IMG/VR virus record: IMGVR_UViG_3300037504_000618
Span: 8,038-72,037 of that record
DNA: 64,000 nucleotides
DNA from: a virus
Direction: 5' to 3' (one strand)
Shown here: one piece after another, positions 1 to 8,350 of the stretch
How positions within the stretch are numbered: position 1 is the stretch's first letter
Layout of the letters: each line of letters opens with the position of its first letter
Notes under the pieces: generated by a model
The model's input: the letters and a program-made list of their open reading frames with translations, nothing else
Told to the model about the DNA's origin: nothing
Databases searched by the model: none
Program-made: the position numbers and the translations under genes

Positions 1-1
1 C

Positions 2-1084
2 CTGGGCGACGGGGGCGGTCGCGAGCCGGGATTGCTGACGCTGTTCTCGTCGATCATCGGGCCGCCGGCGGGGGTGACGGAGTGGTACAAAAACGCCTAC
101 GTCGATGGCGTGGGGCAGGATATCTACAGTACGATATCATTAGTGGATGGGGACACGATCAGCGTCACCGACTGGATCACGGCAACCTCAGCGTTCACGC
201 TGACGGAGGCTTGGTCCACCACGGCGATCTCGTTGACGGACTGGATCACGGCCAGCGGGGGGACCGTCACGACGGGCAGCGGTGTGCTGACGTGGACGGT
301 CAGTTCCCCGATCTCGACGACGGCCTACGGGCTGACCAAGACCTGGAGCACGGTCGCGGGGACCTGGACGGCGTCCACGTTGGTGGAGACCTTGCAGACG
401 GCGAGCGAAAGCAAGACGGTCACGCTCACGTTGGGGCACACGGCCTCCACGGCGACGCCCACGCCCTATCCGACCTACAGCACGGCCATGCCGACGATTG
501 AGCCGACGGTGACGGCCTCGCCCACGCCGGTACCGACGTTCACGCCGTATTACACGCCCGAAGGATGGCGGCAGCAGCGGGCGGCGATGACGTCCACGGC
601 GACGCCCACGCCGTGTATCTTCGGCTGTGAGCCGGTCAGCGGGACGGTGGTGCTCACGGATACTATCCCGGTGTATCTGACCTATTTGCCGGTCGTGGCT
701 AAAAACTACCGGGCCGTCAGTTGGGCTACGTCGTTGTATGTTAATGGCGTACTGACGGCGACGGGGCAGTATTCGTACACCGTCGCGACCGGGGATTCCC
801 TGATCGTGGTGGATACGCTGCTGACCGGGCGCGGCTATACGTTCACGCTGGTCAGCAATGCCAGCGCGGGGCTGAGCCTGACAGATACGCTGACCAACAC
901 GGCGGGGGCGACGCTCACAACGGGCGCGCGGTCGTACACGTGGAGCGTCACGGGCTACGGTGGAGGGACCATCGCCGGGACGTATAGCGTGGGGGCGGGG
1001 GGGACGGAATACATTACGCGCGTACTCAGTTTGTACGGGGATGCCATGACCACTTATACGAAGACCCTGCGGTTGTATCGGTAA
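2..1084 (+). CDS. Thr-rich beta-strand protein, 5'-truncated (tail-region or surface protein)
   Basis: Frame is open from the window start; Thr/Ser/Gly-rich repeats, TPTP linker and YLPVV motif like Chloroflexota surface proteins. Confidence 0.7.
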   Translation: MGDGGGREPGLLTLFSSIIGPPAGVTEWYKNAYVDGVGQDIYSTISLVDGDTISVTDWITATSAFTLTEAWSTTAISLTDWITASGGTVTTGSGVLTWTVSSPISTTAYGLTKTWSTVAGTWTASTLVETLQTASESKTVTLTLGHTASTATPTPYPTYSTAMPTIEPTVTASPTPVPTFTPYYTPEGWRQQRAAMTSTATPTPCIFGCEPVSGTVVLTDTIPVYLTYLPVVAKNYRAVSWATSLYVNGVLTATGQYSYTVATGDSLIVVDTLLTGRGYTFTLVSNASAGLSLTDTLTNTAGATLTTGARSYTWSVTGYGGGTIAGTYSVGAGGTEYITRVLSLYGDAMTTYTKTLRLYR

Positions 1085-1097
1085 TTAGGCTTATCGG

Positions 1098-1196
1098 AAA
1101 ACGCCCGTTAATGGTGATTAACGGGCGTTTTTGTTGTGATTACGCGCGTTTTCGGCGGGTTGGGACGGGATTAGGGGCATGAAAAACGTCTGTTAA
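1098..1196 (+). repeat. Tripartite dif-like element copy 1
   Basis: AAAACGCCCGTTAA-tggtga-TTAACGGGCGTTTT, TGATTACGCGCGTTTT, lone arm AAAACGTCTGTTAA ending 1196. Confidence 0.9.
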
Positions 1197-1220
1197 TATG
1201 TATGAGCACGATATAGAAAT

Positions 1221-1320
1221 TTGTACTCAAGTACAATCTTTCCCGGAAAGCAAAATTCCCTCTTGACAGTCATAGAATTCTATGTATAATATAGATAGTT
1301 GGTTACATAGAATTCTATAC
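1221..1320 (+). promoter_or_regulatory. Sigma70-type promoter with upstream TTGTAC-N4-GTACAA box and two ATAGAATTCTAT operators
   Basis: TTGACA 1263-1268, 16-nt spacer, TATAAT 1285-1290; palindrome in the spacer and repeated near 1308-1319. Confidence 0.8.
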
Positions 1321-1333
1321 CAGAAAGGGAAAA

Positions 1334-1933
1334 ATGATGAGGACAGCGAAGGAAAATTACGAGATCAGGAATAATATAGGTCAAGCAGGTGAAATGGAAG
1401 AGGAAGAAAAGTGGGAGATGGCGGAGAGCTTGTTCGCCAATCCCGAAGCTGTCCCTGAAATCATCGGGCGTGAGGAACGTGAGGAAGAGGAAACTGAGGA
1501 ATTCACCCACGTGACCAGCGAAGAGGCTGCCGAGGCCATCTTGGACTCGGGCTTCAGCCTGGACACCACCGACAGCCAAGGCGGAAGCCAGCTTGGAGTC
1601 GGGATCTACTTAAGCCAGGCGCCCGACTACTGGGCCGGGCTACTGAACCTGCACAGCTACTTAAGAGTCACGGTGCGGATGGATCGCATCGTGACAGACG
1701 TAAACGAAGTCGAGGGATTTGGCGCTTGGTTGGAAGCCGAGGGCTGGATGAAGGATGGAGGTCCCACGGAAAAGGCAAATGAATTCATAGCCAAGTTCCA
1801 GTTGCCTGAAGAGGCAGTGGGTAGGCTTCAGGTAGAGTGGCTGGCAGAGATTGGATACGATGGATTGTGGGATCGCGAGTTTAATAATCTCGTGATCTGG
1901 AATCTGGATGCGATCAAAAGTGTGCGTAGATAG
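1334..1933 (+). CDS. Putative ADP-ribosyltransferase-fold protein
   Basis: H-x-T...AILDSGF...GxGIY and GYDG...VIW motifs resemble PARP-like ART folds; acidic N-terminus. Confidence 0.5.
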   Translation: MMRTAKENYEIRNNIGQAGEMEEEEKWEMAESLFANPEAVPEIIGREEREEEETEEFTHVTSEEAAEAILDSGFSLDTTDSQGGSQLGVGIYLSQAPDYWAGLLNLHSYLRVTVRMDRIVTDVNEVEGFGAWLEAEGWMKDGGPTEKANEFIAKFQLPEEAVGRLQVEWLAEIGYDGLWDREFNNLVIWNLDAIKSVRR

Positions 1934-1951
1934 TAGAAAGGAGTTAGAGAG

Positions 1952-2404
1952 ATGGATCAGAGAGCAGAGTGGTTAGCGTATCAAGTCGGTAAAATTGGGG
2001 TAGGGGATTTAGTTTATCCTGAGAATCAGGCCAAGGCTAAAGCTAAGATGGAAGCCAAAGCGGTCAGTGATCGCGAGCGTGATATTTTCTTGTTGGGGTA
2101 TCACGCAGCGTTGCTTGAGTGGGCAGAGCTCCCCCTCGCACGGGGGGACGATGATATTCTCACGCGCGAGCGGGTGGAGAGTATTATCCAGGAGATTATG
2201 GAGCGTAATGATCTCTTGTCACTGAGCCCAGGCGTCAAGAAGATCGCCGGGCCATTTGATACCCGTGCTCAAGCTGATGCTTGGTATTGGAGCAATGAGG
2301 AGAATTATGAGCCATATCTTCGTATAGTGCATGGCTTCGATGGTAAGTATTATGTCGCCGATCCTCAAGAGGCTGATGCTAAGCGTGAGCATTTGTTTGT
2401 TTAG
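1952..2404 (+). CDS. Hypothetical protein
   Basis: ORF with AAGGAG RBS. Confidence 0.7.
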   Translation: MDQRAEWLAYQVGKIGVGDLVYPENQAKAKAKMEAKAVSDRERDIFLLGYHAALLEWAELPLARGDDDILTRERVESIIQEIMERNDLLSLSPGVKKIAGPFDTRAQADAWYWSNEENYEPYLRIVHGFDGKYYVADPQEADAKREHLFV

Positions 2405-2457
2405 AAATTGTGCCGGGCGCGCTGGTGCACGCGCCCGGCTTACCAGAAAGGAGTAAG

Positions 2458-3180
2458 ATGTATATCAAGCATGCGGAAGCATATAGAAAGCATTGTGAGG
2501 GGCAAGCGGTTTATTTGTGTCCCGAAGGTTTCTGGGTAGAGGAAGAGGGAGATCCGGTTCCCGAAGATGCCCATGAGGTCGTCTTCGAGCTCACGTTGAG
2601 CGAGGCCGCCGATCTATATCCGGTGGCCTACTCGACACTGGCCCAGTACGCCCGTGAGGGCAAGCTGGAAGCCCGTCGCTCCGGGGCGACGTGGCTGACA
2701 ACGCGCTGGGGGGTGGAGAAGGCGATCAATCCCCCGGAGGTGGATCTGCGGGCGTTTCTCGCGGAAGTTTTGGGGAAGGCGCGGGAGAATTATGAGGCAG
2801 CAGCGCAGGATGAGGAGTATCGCCCCGCCGATGCGTCGCGGGATGCGCTTGAGGCTATGCCGGAATCCCCGCTCGCGATTAAGGCGTTGGGTGGGGAGGA
2901 GAAGATCGTGCAGCGCGTGGAGCACGCGCTGGCCGGGGGACTGGCCACGCTGGAGCGGCTGTACGATGATGCGCAATGGCGCGCGGCGATCCGTGAGGCG
3001 GCCGGCACGGAGCGCCAACGCGAGGTCGTGGCGCAGCACGTCAACGCGCTCGTATTCTACTGGGATACGGGCGGGGAGGAGACGTTTGGACTGCGCTGCG
3101 ACGTTTGCAGCGCGGCGGACGTGGTAAGCGTTTCCTCCACTGGTGAAGTGTTGTGCGAGGAGCATTTGATTAAAGCGTAG
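2458..3180 (+). CDS. Excisionase-like HTH_17 domain protein
   Basis: LTLSEAADLYPVAYSTLAQYAREGKLEARRSGATW; ATG 2458 after AGAAAGGAG. Confidence 0.75.
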   Translation: MYIKHAEAYRKHCEGQAVYLCPEGFWVEEEGDPVPEDAHEVVFELTLSEAADLYPVAYSTLAQYAREGKLEARRSGATWLTTRWGVEKAINPPEVDLRAFLAEVLGKARENYEAAAQDEEYRPADASRDALEAMPESPLAIKALGGEEKIVQRVEHALAGGLATLERLYDDAQWRAAIREAAGTERQREVVAQHVNALVFYWDTGGEETFGLRCDVCSAADVVSVSSTGEVLCEEHLIKA

Positions 3181-3191
3181 TAGTTGTCATT

Positions 3192-3220
3192 AGAGCCCGC
3201 TCGATTTGGAGCGGGCTTTT
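3192..3220 (+). terminator. Intrinsic terminator
   Basis: AGAGCCCGCTC/GAGCGGGCTTTT hairpin with T tract. Confidence 0.8.
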
Positions 3221-3303
3221 GCTTTTAAGGGCTATCCTTCTTTAAAGATATATATTTCTTTAGCTATAATTTCTTTCTTTTCTTTTTCTTACCCCCCGCT
3301 ATA

Positions 3304-3509
3304 GGTTAACCCGTCACCCTAATTAAGTTAACTTTTCACCCTAATTATCGTGAAGACTTCGTAATCTTTCACACCTAACGGCGTGCAATTTCGCAACTTT
3401 TCACTGCGTGGGGGAGACATAAAAGAAGGGCTAGCGGTTAAGCTAGCCCTTGTGTGTGTGGGTGAATAGGTTAACTTTTCACCCTAATTAAGGTGAAATT
3501 TCACCCTAT
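3304..3509. repeat. 22-bp iterons beside an AT-rich tract: probable replication origin
   Basis: RGTTAACYYKTCACCCTAATTA at 3304, 3326 and 3469, variant at 3491; T-rich 3240-3290; abuts the initiator gene 3' end. Confidence 0.75.
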
Positions 3510-4484
3510 CCGCCATTGGGTAGGGTCCAGGCCCATCTCGGCCACGAAGGCGTCGTGCTCTTCCTGGACCTCGGCGGGGAGGGTGGTGAGTTGCGCCGGG
3601 GTGAGCCAACCGAGGTTGGTTACGACGCTGACTTCGTAGACCTTGCGGCTGCGGGTGCCCTCGATATTGACGTGGGCGATTCCGGCATCCACCAGGCGTT
3701 CCAGCAGACCCTTGCGGCGGCGGAAGTATTCAGGCTCCGGTTCCTCGCCCTCGGCGTGGAAGGTATCCTTGGGAGTGCGTAAGACTGCGCCATCGTCCTC
3801 GGCCTCACAGCGTCGCCATGTGCCGCTGATCGTCTGACGGCAGCAGCCGAGCTCCTGGGCCAGGGTGGGCGCGGAAAAACGGCGGGGAGGGGTCCATTCC
3901 GACTTCTTCCGGCGCTTGTCGGTGCGGAAGATTATTTCCCATAAGCGGAAGACGCGCGCGCCTAAGTATGGCCCCCAAAACTTGCTGGCATACTGGCTGA
4001 TGCGATACCAGCCCCGGTCCAAGACTTTCTTTTCGGGCGGTTGCCAGCCGGTGGGGGAGGGGGGTGGAAGGGGGGCACCTTGGAGCTCGGCCAGCTTTTG
4101 TTGGATGAGGAGTTTGGCTTCGCGATCCCCGACCTGGTCCAGGAGATCGTAGAGAGTCTGGGTTAGTTGTTGAGGTTCTGGTGGCGGTGGTGGGTCTGAA
4201 GTTTCGCGGGGCGATTCAAGCGTCTCCTGCTCGGCGGCGACGTAGACGGCCTGCGTACCGTTGCCCGTGAGGCGTTGCAAGGTGCGCTCGATGGGATTCT
4301 TGAGGCGATGCTCTAGCCACTCCACGGCATACTCGTTCTTGACCTCGACGATGAGGTTGCCGTCTTCGTCCACGCCCGTGCAATGTGTATCGCGCAGCCA
4401 CGTATCGAAGGTGGCGCGCGTCATCTGGAGCTCAAGATCGCCGAGGGCAGATTGCCAGAGGGCGGTTGGATCTGTGATACTCAT
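3501..4484 (-). CDS. Replication initiator with DnaA N-terminal domain and HTH
   Basis: MSITDPTALWQSALGDLELQMTRATFDTWL...NEYAVEWLE is DnaA domain I-like; no AAA+ domain; ATGA overlap at 4481-4484. Confidence 0.75.
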   Translation of the reverse strand: MSITDPTALWQSALGDLELQMTRATFDTWLRDTHCTGVDEDGNLIVEVKNEYAVEWLEHRLKNPIERTLQRLTGNGTQAVYVAAEQETLESPRETSDPPPPPEPQQLTQTLYDLLDQVGDREAKLLIQQKLAELQGAPLPPPSPTGWQPPEKKVLDRGWYRISQYASKFWGPYLGARVFRLWEIIFRTDKRRKKSEWTPPRRFSAPTLAQELGCCRQTISGTWRRCEAEDDGAVLRTPKDTFHAEGEEPEPEYFRRRKGLLERLVDAGIAHVNIEGTRSRKVYEVSVVTNLGWLTPAQLTTLPAEVQEEHDAFVAEMGLDPTQWRIG

Positions 4485-4708
4485 GCGGTTTCCTCTGGCA
4501 CCGGTAGCCAGATCTCGCACAACAGCGGCACGCTGTTGTGCTTGACCACGATCCCGTCGGGGACCAAGTCCTCCGCCTCGGCCTCCCACTTGGGGTGGAC
4601 GCGGAGGTGGTCGGGGTGGGTGCCGAAGCGCTCCTTATACGCCTCTAGCGCTGCGGGCATTAGCTTTTCTATGTCTGTTGATCCTCGGTAATTCAGGTAT
4701 GTGCTCAT
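4481..4708 (-). CDS. Hypothetical protein
   Basis: ORF with GAGGA RBS, coupled to the initiator. Confidence 0.65.
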   Translation of the reverse strand: MSTYLNYRGSTDIEKLMPAALEAYKERFGTHPDHLRVHPKWEAEAEDLVPDGIVVKHNSVPLLCEIWLPVPEETA

Positions 4709-4728
4709 CGAATTCCTCTCTATCCTAC

Positions 4729-4998
4729 CTAAAACATTTCGTCTAGCAAAGCCCCGGCTTGGGGATCGACATCCTGCAAGATGGGGGCTGCGGTTTCCGT
4801 TGTGCTGATCGTGGCCCGCGCAAGTTCCTCACGTATGATGCGGCGCACAGTTTCGGCGTCGAGTTGGCGGGTGGAATGGATATACTCGCGAAGGGCCGCG
4901 CGCACCGTGGCGCTATTGTTCGGCTGTTCGTCGAGATAGGCCAGTAGATCAGCGTCCTGTATATTGTCGAATGTAATCGTTCGTCTAATTGCTGTCAT
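4729..4998 (-). CDS. Ribbon-helix-helix protein, ParR-like adaptor
   Basis: RRTITFD...DADLLAYLD...SATVRAALREY; directly downstream of the ParM-like gene. Confidence 0.65.
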   Translation of the reverse strand: MTAIRRTITFDNIQDADLLAYLDEQPNNSATVRAALREYIHSTRQLDAETVRRIIREELARATISTTETAAPILQDVDPQAGALLDEMF

Positions 4999-5040
4999 GG
5001 TGTCACCATGGCGTCATGCTCCTTCATGCTCATAGCGTCA

Positions 5041-6042
5041 TTATGGCGCTATGAATTTACGGATAGCGTAACGATGGAATCCCTGGGCATTCGCCATCTG
5101 GGGATCGTCGACCAGGTGGGCGTGGGAGTAGATTTGCTGCACGTAGGGGAAGAGGGCTTGTCCGCCGCCGCCGGTGACCAGGATAGCGGCCAGACCATCC
5201 CCGTATCCCCACTGTGTTTTGGCCTCGCTCAAAATCGCCGTGGCGATGGAGCTGAGGGCGCTGCCAATCAAGTCCGCGATGCTATGCATTTTACCCTTCC
5301 CGCGTATCTGCTGCTGTTCGTTGATTACAAGGTCCTCGGCCTCTCTGAAAGAAAGCTCGCGTTCGCAGCGGGCGTACACGGTCTCCTGTAGCTGCTCATA
5401 GACGCGGCCCATCCCCACTTTGATGCTGTGGGATCCGTCCTCGGCATAGCGTGGGCCGGGGGCGATATGGATATAGTTGGTGGTGAAGGTACCGATATCT
5501 AAGATCCCCACGTCGGCATTGCGTAAGCCTTCGGCATCGACGAATACACCGTTCTCATTGACAATCGTTTTATAGTACGTGCCGAATGCCTCCGGGACAA
5601 CGACCACCTTGGGGATGTAGAGGGAATGGCGCACGCCTTCGACCGCAAAGCCATGCGTCCCCATCAGCATGGCGGCCAGCTCGTCTTTATCCTGCTCATA
5701 CCAGCGGACGGGCAGGCCCGTGACGAGATTCACTTCGCCAGATTTGATCCCCAATTTGTACAGCGCAGCCAGCGTTAAGACCCGCTGCATGGTCTTGTCA
5801 CGGGCTCGTGCCCGTGGTTCGATCTCGATGGAGGAATGCAAGCGGGCCATGCTCCCCACGAACCACTCTTGACCATGATATCCTATTTTTACACCGCCAT
5901 TTCCACCGATCATCATGTCCTCAGTGGGCTTGAATTTGAGGTCGGTCGCCGGGGCGATCACGCTCTCAAAGCATACGCTCGCGGCCCCTGAGATTGCTTT
6001 CGTCCATCCATATCCTGTGTTTATTCCTGCTATGTTTTTCAT
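5041..6042 (-). CDS. parM: ParM/StbA family actin-like ATPase
   Basis: INTGYGWTK, VTGLP, PEA, DIGTFTT and TGGG actin-fold motifs. Confidence 0.88.
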   Translation of the reverse strand: MKNIAGINTGYGWTKAISGAASVCFESVIAPATDLKFKPTEDMMIGGNGGVKIGYHGQEWFVGSMARLHSSIEIEPRARARDKTMQRVLTLAALYKLGIKSGEVNLVTGLPVRWYEQDKDELAAMLMGTHGFAVEGVRHSLYIPKVVVVPEAFGTYYKTIVNENGVFVDAEGLRNADVGILDIGTFTTNYIHIAPGPRYAEDGSHSIKVGMGRVYEQLQETVYARCERELSFREAEDLVINEQQQIRGKGKMHSIADLIGSALSSIATAILSEAKTQWGYGDGLAAILVTGGGGQALFPYVQQIYSHAHLVDDPQMANAQGFHRYAIRKFIAP

Positions 6043-6072
6043 GTTTTCCTTTCTCCTTTCTGGTGATGGTGA

Positions 6073-6210
6073 TTATTTTAGATGTAGAAGGCCCCGTAGA
6101 AGGCCCCCTAGTATTTCGTACTTATCGGGCTTGGCCGCCGGGATCATCGCCACCAGCAGCCACGGCCCGAACAACGCCAGCCATACAAGGTACTCTCCCA
6201 GATTAACCAC
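6073..6210 (-). CDS. Small membrane peptide (45 aa)
   Basis: GTG start after GGGGAGG RBS; hydrophobic LVWLALFGPWLLVAM. Confidence 0.5.
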   Translation of the reverse strand: MVNLGEYLVWLALFGPWLLVAMIPAAKPDKYEILGGLLRGLLHLK

Positions 6211-6290
6211 TTCTATCCTCCCCTAATCTATAGTGTGCTTTGCGTGTTTGGTACCCCGTCTCACTCACACTGCATACACACACACGGGTA

Positions 6291-6791
6291 TCACACACGC
6301 AAACGTGTAACATCTATCTTATCCTCAACGGCTGCGCGCAGAAGCGCATACCCTGGACCGGTCCAGCGGGTCCCTACCCGTGGGTCATCCCCAGCCCATT
6401 CGAGGAATTTGTGACGCATCAAGGCGTCGCGAAATCCCTCGAATTCGCTGCGACTTAATACGGGCAACAGCTCACGCAGTGAGAAGCCGCGCCCTTCTTT
6501 TTCCAGGTAGTAGGCACGCTTGAGCGCATCGTGGAGTTTGTGCGGGGGGGCCTGGACGGTGCGCCCATCGGACGTATACAGATAGACGGTCCGGCGAATT
6601 GGCTTGACCGTATTCTCGTTAATCTCCACAGCGAGAGGTGGGTATGCCTTATCGTTACGCGCTTTGCGCACTTCTGCTTCCAACTCATCCATGCGCTGCT
6701 TATCGACGATGGACATGAAGACGCCCCCGCCGAAGAATCCGATTACTGCACTTAGCATACATATTCCACTCCAAATAAAGAAGTTGTCCAT
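6291..6791 (-). CDS. Single-pass membrane protein with possible winged-helix C-terminus
   Basis: N-terminal hydrophobic helix; FSLRELL...LSRSEFE. Confidence 0.6.
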   Translation of the reverse strand: MDNFFIWSGICMLSAVIGFFGGGVFMSIVDKQRMDELEAEVRKARNDKAYPPLAVEINENTVKPIRRTVYLYTSDGRTVQAPPHKLHDALKRAYYLEKEGRGFSLRELLPVLSRSEFEGFRDALMRHKFLEWAGDDPRVGTRWTGPGYALLRAAVEDKIDVTRLRV

Positions 6792-6878
6792 TCCGACCCC
6801 CTTTGTTATAATCTCTGTGGGGCGGAAGGTTGACCCCGCCGTCCCAGGGGCGCGTGGTTGAGACGCGCCCCGTTTTCT

Positions 6879-7310
6879 TTACCTCCGTTGTGCCGGTTCG
6901 CCGAGCATGGCTGTGTATAGCCATAGCTCTAACAACTGAGACGAGGCCGGCGAGATCAGACCGTCGAATGCCTCTAAGACCTCGGATAAACATTTATCGG
7001 TCCTTTGATGTTGGTGCTTTCTTTCGCGTGCCGGACTGTTTAGCAACTCCAATAGTTGATAGTAGAATGCACGTAGCTTATTCCAAGCCTCAGTGTGCTC
7101 TATCTCAACCAAGGGAATCGGTAAGAATGGGTCAGGGTTTTCATGAGGGAGCACGCGCACGACGGCCAGCTCCTCATAAACCCCGACCATCTGGATGTTG
7201 TCTACCGGCCCACATACCGCGCCGACACGGGCCGCGATATCTAAGCTGAGGACGGTTGAAGCTGTCTTGACCGCTCGCGGTTCAGTTTTTGTTATGGTTT
7301 GTATGTTCAT
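6879..7310 (-). CDS. Hypothetical protein
   Basis: ORF with AAGGAG RBS. Confidence 0.65.
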   Translation of the reverse strand: MNIQTITKTEPRAVKTASTVLSLDIAARVGAVCGPVDNIQMVGVYEELAVVRVLPHENPDPFLPIPLVEIEHTEAWNKLRAFYYQLLELLNSPARERKHQHQRTDKCLSEVLEAFDGLISPASSQLLELWLYTAMLGEPAQRR

Positions 7311-7322
7311 AGTTTCTCCTTA

Positions 7323-7422
7323 TTAACGGACGTTTTTTAAGTTCGTTATTTATGTCACTAAGTCGCTACTTGCTACATTTTACGGTTAGAAATGACTGTT
7401 AAATCTTCTTAGCGGTCATTTT
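7323..7422 (-). repeat. Tripartite dif-like element copy 2
   Basis: TTAACGGACGTTTT 7323; GAAATGACTGTTAA-atcttc-TTAGCGGTCATTTT 7389-7422. Confidence 0.85.
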
Positions 7423-7553
7423 TTTAGTAGCTTTCGCACCTTGGCTCGCCGTTTAGCTCGTCGCCGTCGCTTTCTTCCAGACGCGGCCTTACCGCTAGCT
7501 TTAGCGGCTGCTTTTACTATAGCCTTAATCGCTTCTAGTTGTTCGTTTGCCAT
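7416..7553 (-). CDS. Very basic 45-aa peptide
   Basis: MANEQLEAIKAIVKAAAKASGKAASGRKRRRRAKRRAKVRKLLKK after a GGAGG RBS. Confidence 0.65.
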   Translation of the reverse strand: MANEQLEAIKAIVKAAAKASGKAASGRKRRRRAKRRAKVRKLLKK

Positions 7554-7579
7554 ATTAAACCTCCTATATTTTGAAATAT

Positions 7580-8020
7580 CTATTTTGCTTCTTGTATGAC
7601 GACACCCGGTCCCCCGAAATGATAGAAGTACTGGGGGGAGTTGCGCTTTCGCCAGTTGCGCAGGATGTCGTTGGCTATATGCCGTATAGTTTCGTAGCAT
7701 CGGATCCGCGCTATGGTGCGGCAGTCTATATCGCGCCATGGCCTGTCGTTATGGCAGGATAATAGCGCGTTATAGCAGAGATCCATATACATTTCTCCGT
7801 TCAGGAGTAGGCCGGCTGCTTGGGCTGCCTTGAACATCTCGTCGTGAAGGTGGGCGTCGAGTTCATCGTAGCAGTCCGTAATCTGATTCCGTCGTCGGCT
7901 GTATTGATCATGGCAGCGCTTTATTTCCCGGCGAGTCGCGCTCGCTGGCCAGGTGAAATCCTGCCGCGTGAGTGCTGATAGCGGTTTAAGGAGTTCGATG
8001 AGCGGCTGTCTAGTCTGCAT
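7580..8020 (-). CDS. Hypothetical protein
   Basis: Coupled ORF in the leftward operon. Confidence 0.6.
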   Translation of the reverse strand: MQTRQPLIELLKPLSALTRQDFTWPASATRREIKRCHDQYSRRRNQITDCYDELDAHLHDEMFKAAQAAGLLLNGEMYMDLCYNALLSCHNDRPWRDIDCRTIARIRCYETIRHIANDILRNWRKRNSPQYFYHFGGPGVVIQEAK

Positions 8021-8192
8021 CCTGCACCTCCGTCAGCGCCTTGATCAACGCGGGGAGCTCCGCTTGGCGAATGCCGACACGCTCCGCGCGCTCCATGCCC
8101 TCCTCGAAGATCCAGATCTCGACGAAGTTATCCTCGTCGCGGTAGATCTTCAGCGAGATGCACTCGCTGACTTTTTGTTGTTCTATAGTCAT
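8010..8192 (-). CDS. Hypothetical protein
   Basis: AAGGAGG RBS; coupled. Confidence 0.6.
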   Translation of the reverse strand: MTIEQQKVSECISLKIYRDEDNFVEIWIFEEGMERAERVGIRQAELPALIKALTEVQDAD

Positions 8193-8350
8193 AGATCCTC
8201 CTTTAATTCAAAACCAATTTGGCAAATGGGACTTGAACCCATAGTGCGCCACTTCGACTCCATATTTAGTGATGCTATCACTAGTCGTCCGTTCCACGGC
8301 CCAGGCAGGCGCTTCTCATCCGTAGCCCCCAACAGGCAATTGCCAATCAT
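8189..8350 (-). CDS. Small hypothetical protein
   Basis: ATGA overlaps with both neighbours. Confidence 0.45.
   Translation of the reverse strand: MIGNCLLGATDEKRLPGPWNGRLVIASLNMESKWRTMGSSPICQIGFELKEDL

Noticed and set aside
3501-4589. Host dnaA gene
   Set aside because: Only domain I similarity; no AAA+ domain or DnaA-box-binding domain IV.
6084-6107. GTAGAAGGCCCC direct repeat as parC
   Set aside because: Only two copies, within a plausible small ORF; too short to support a centromere call.
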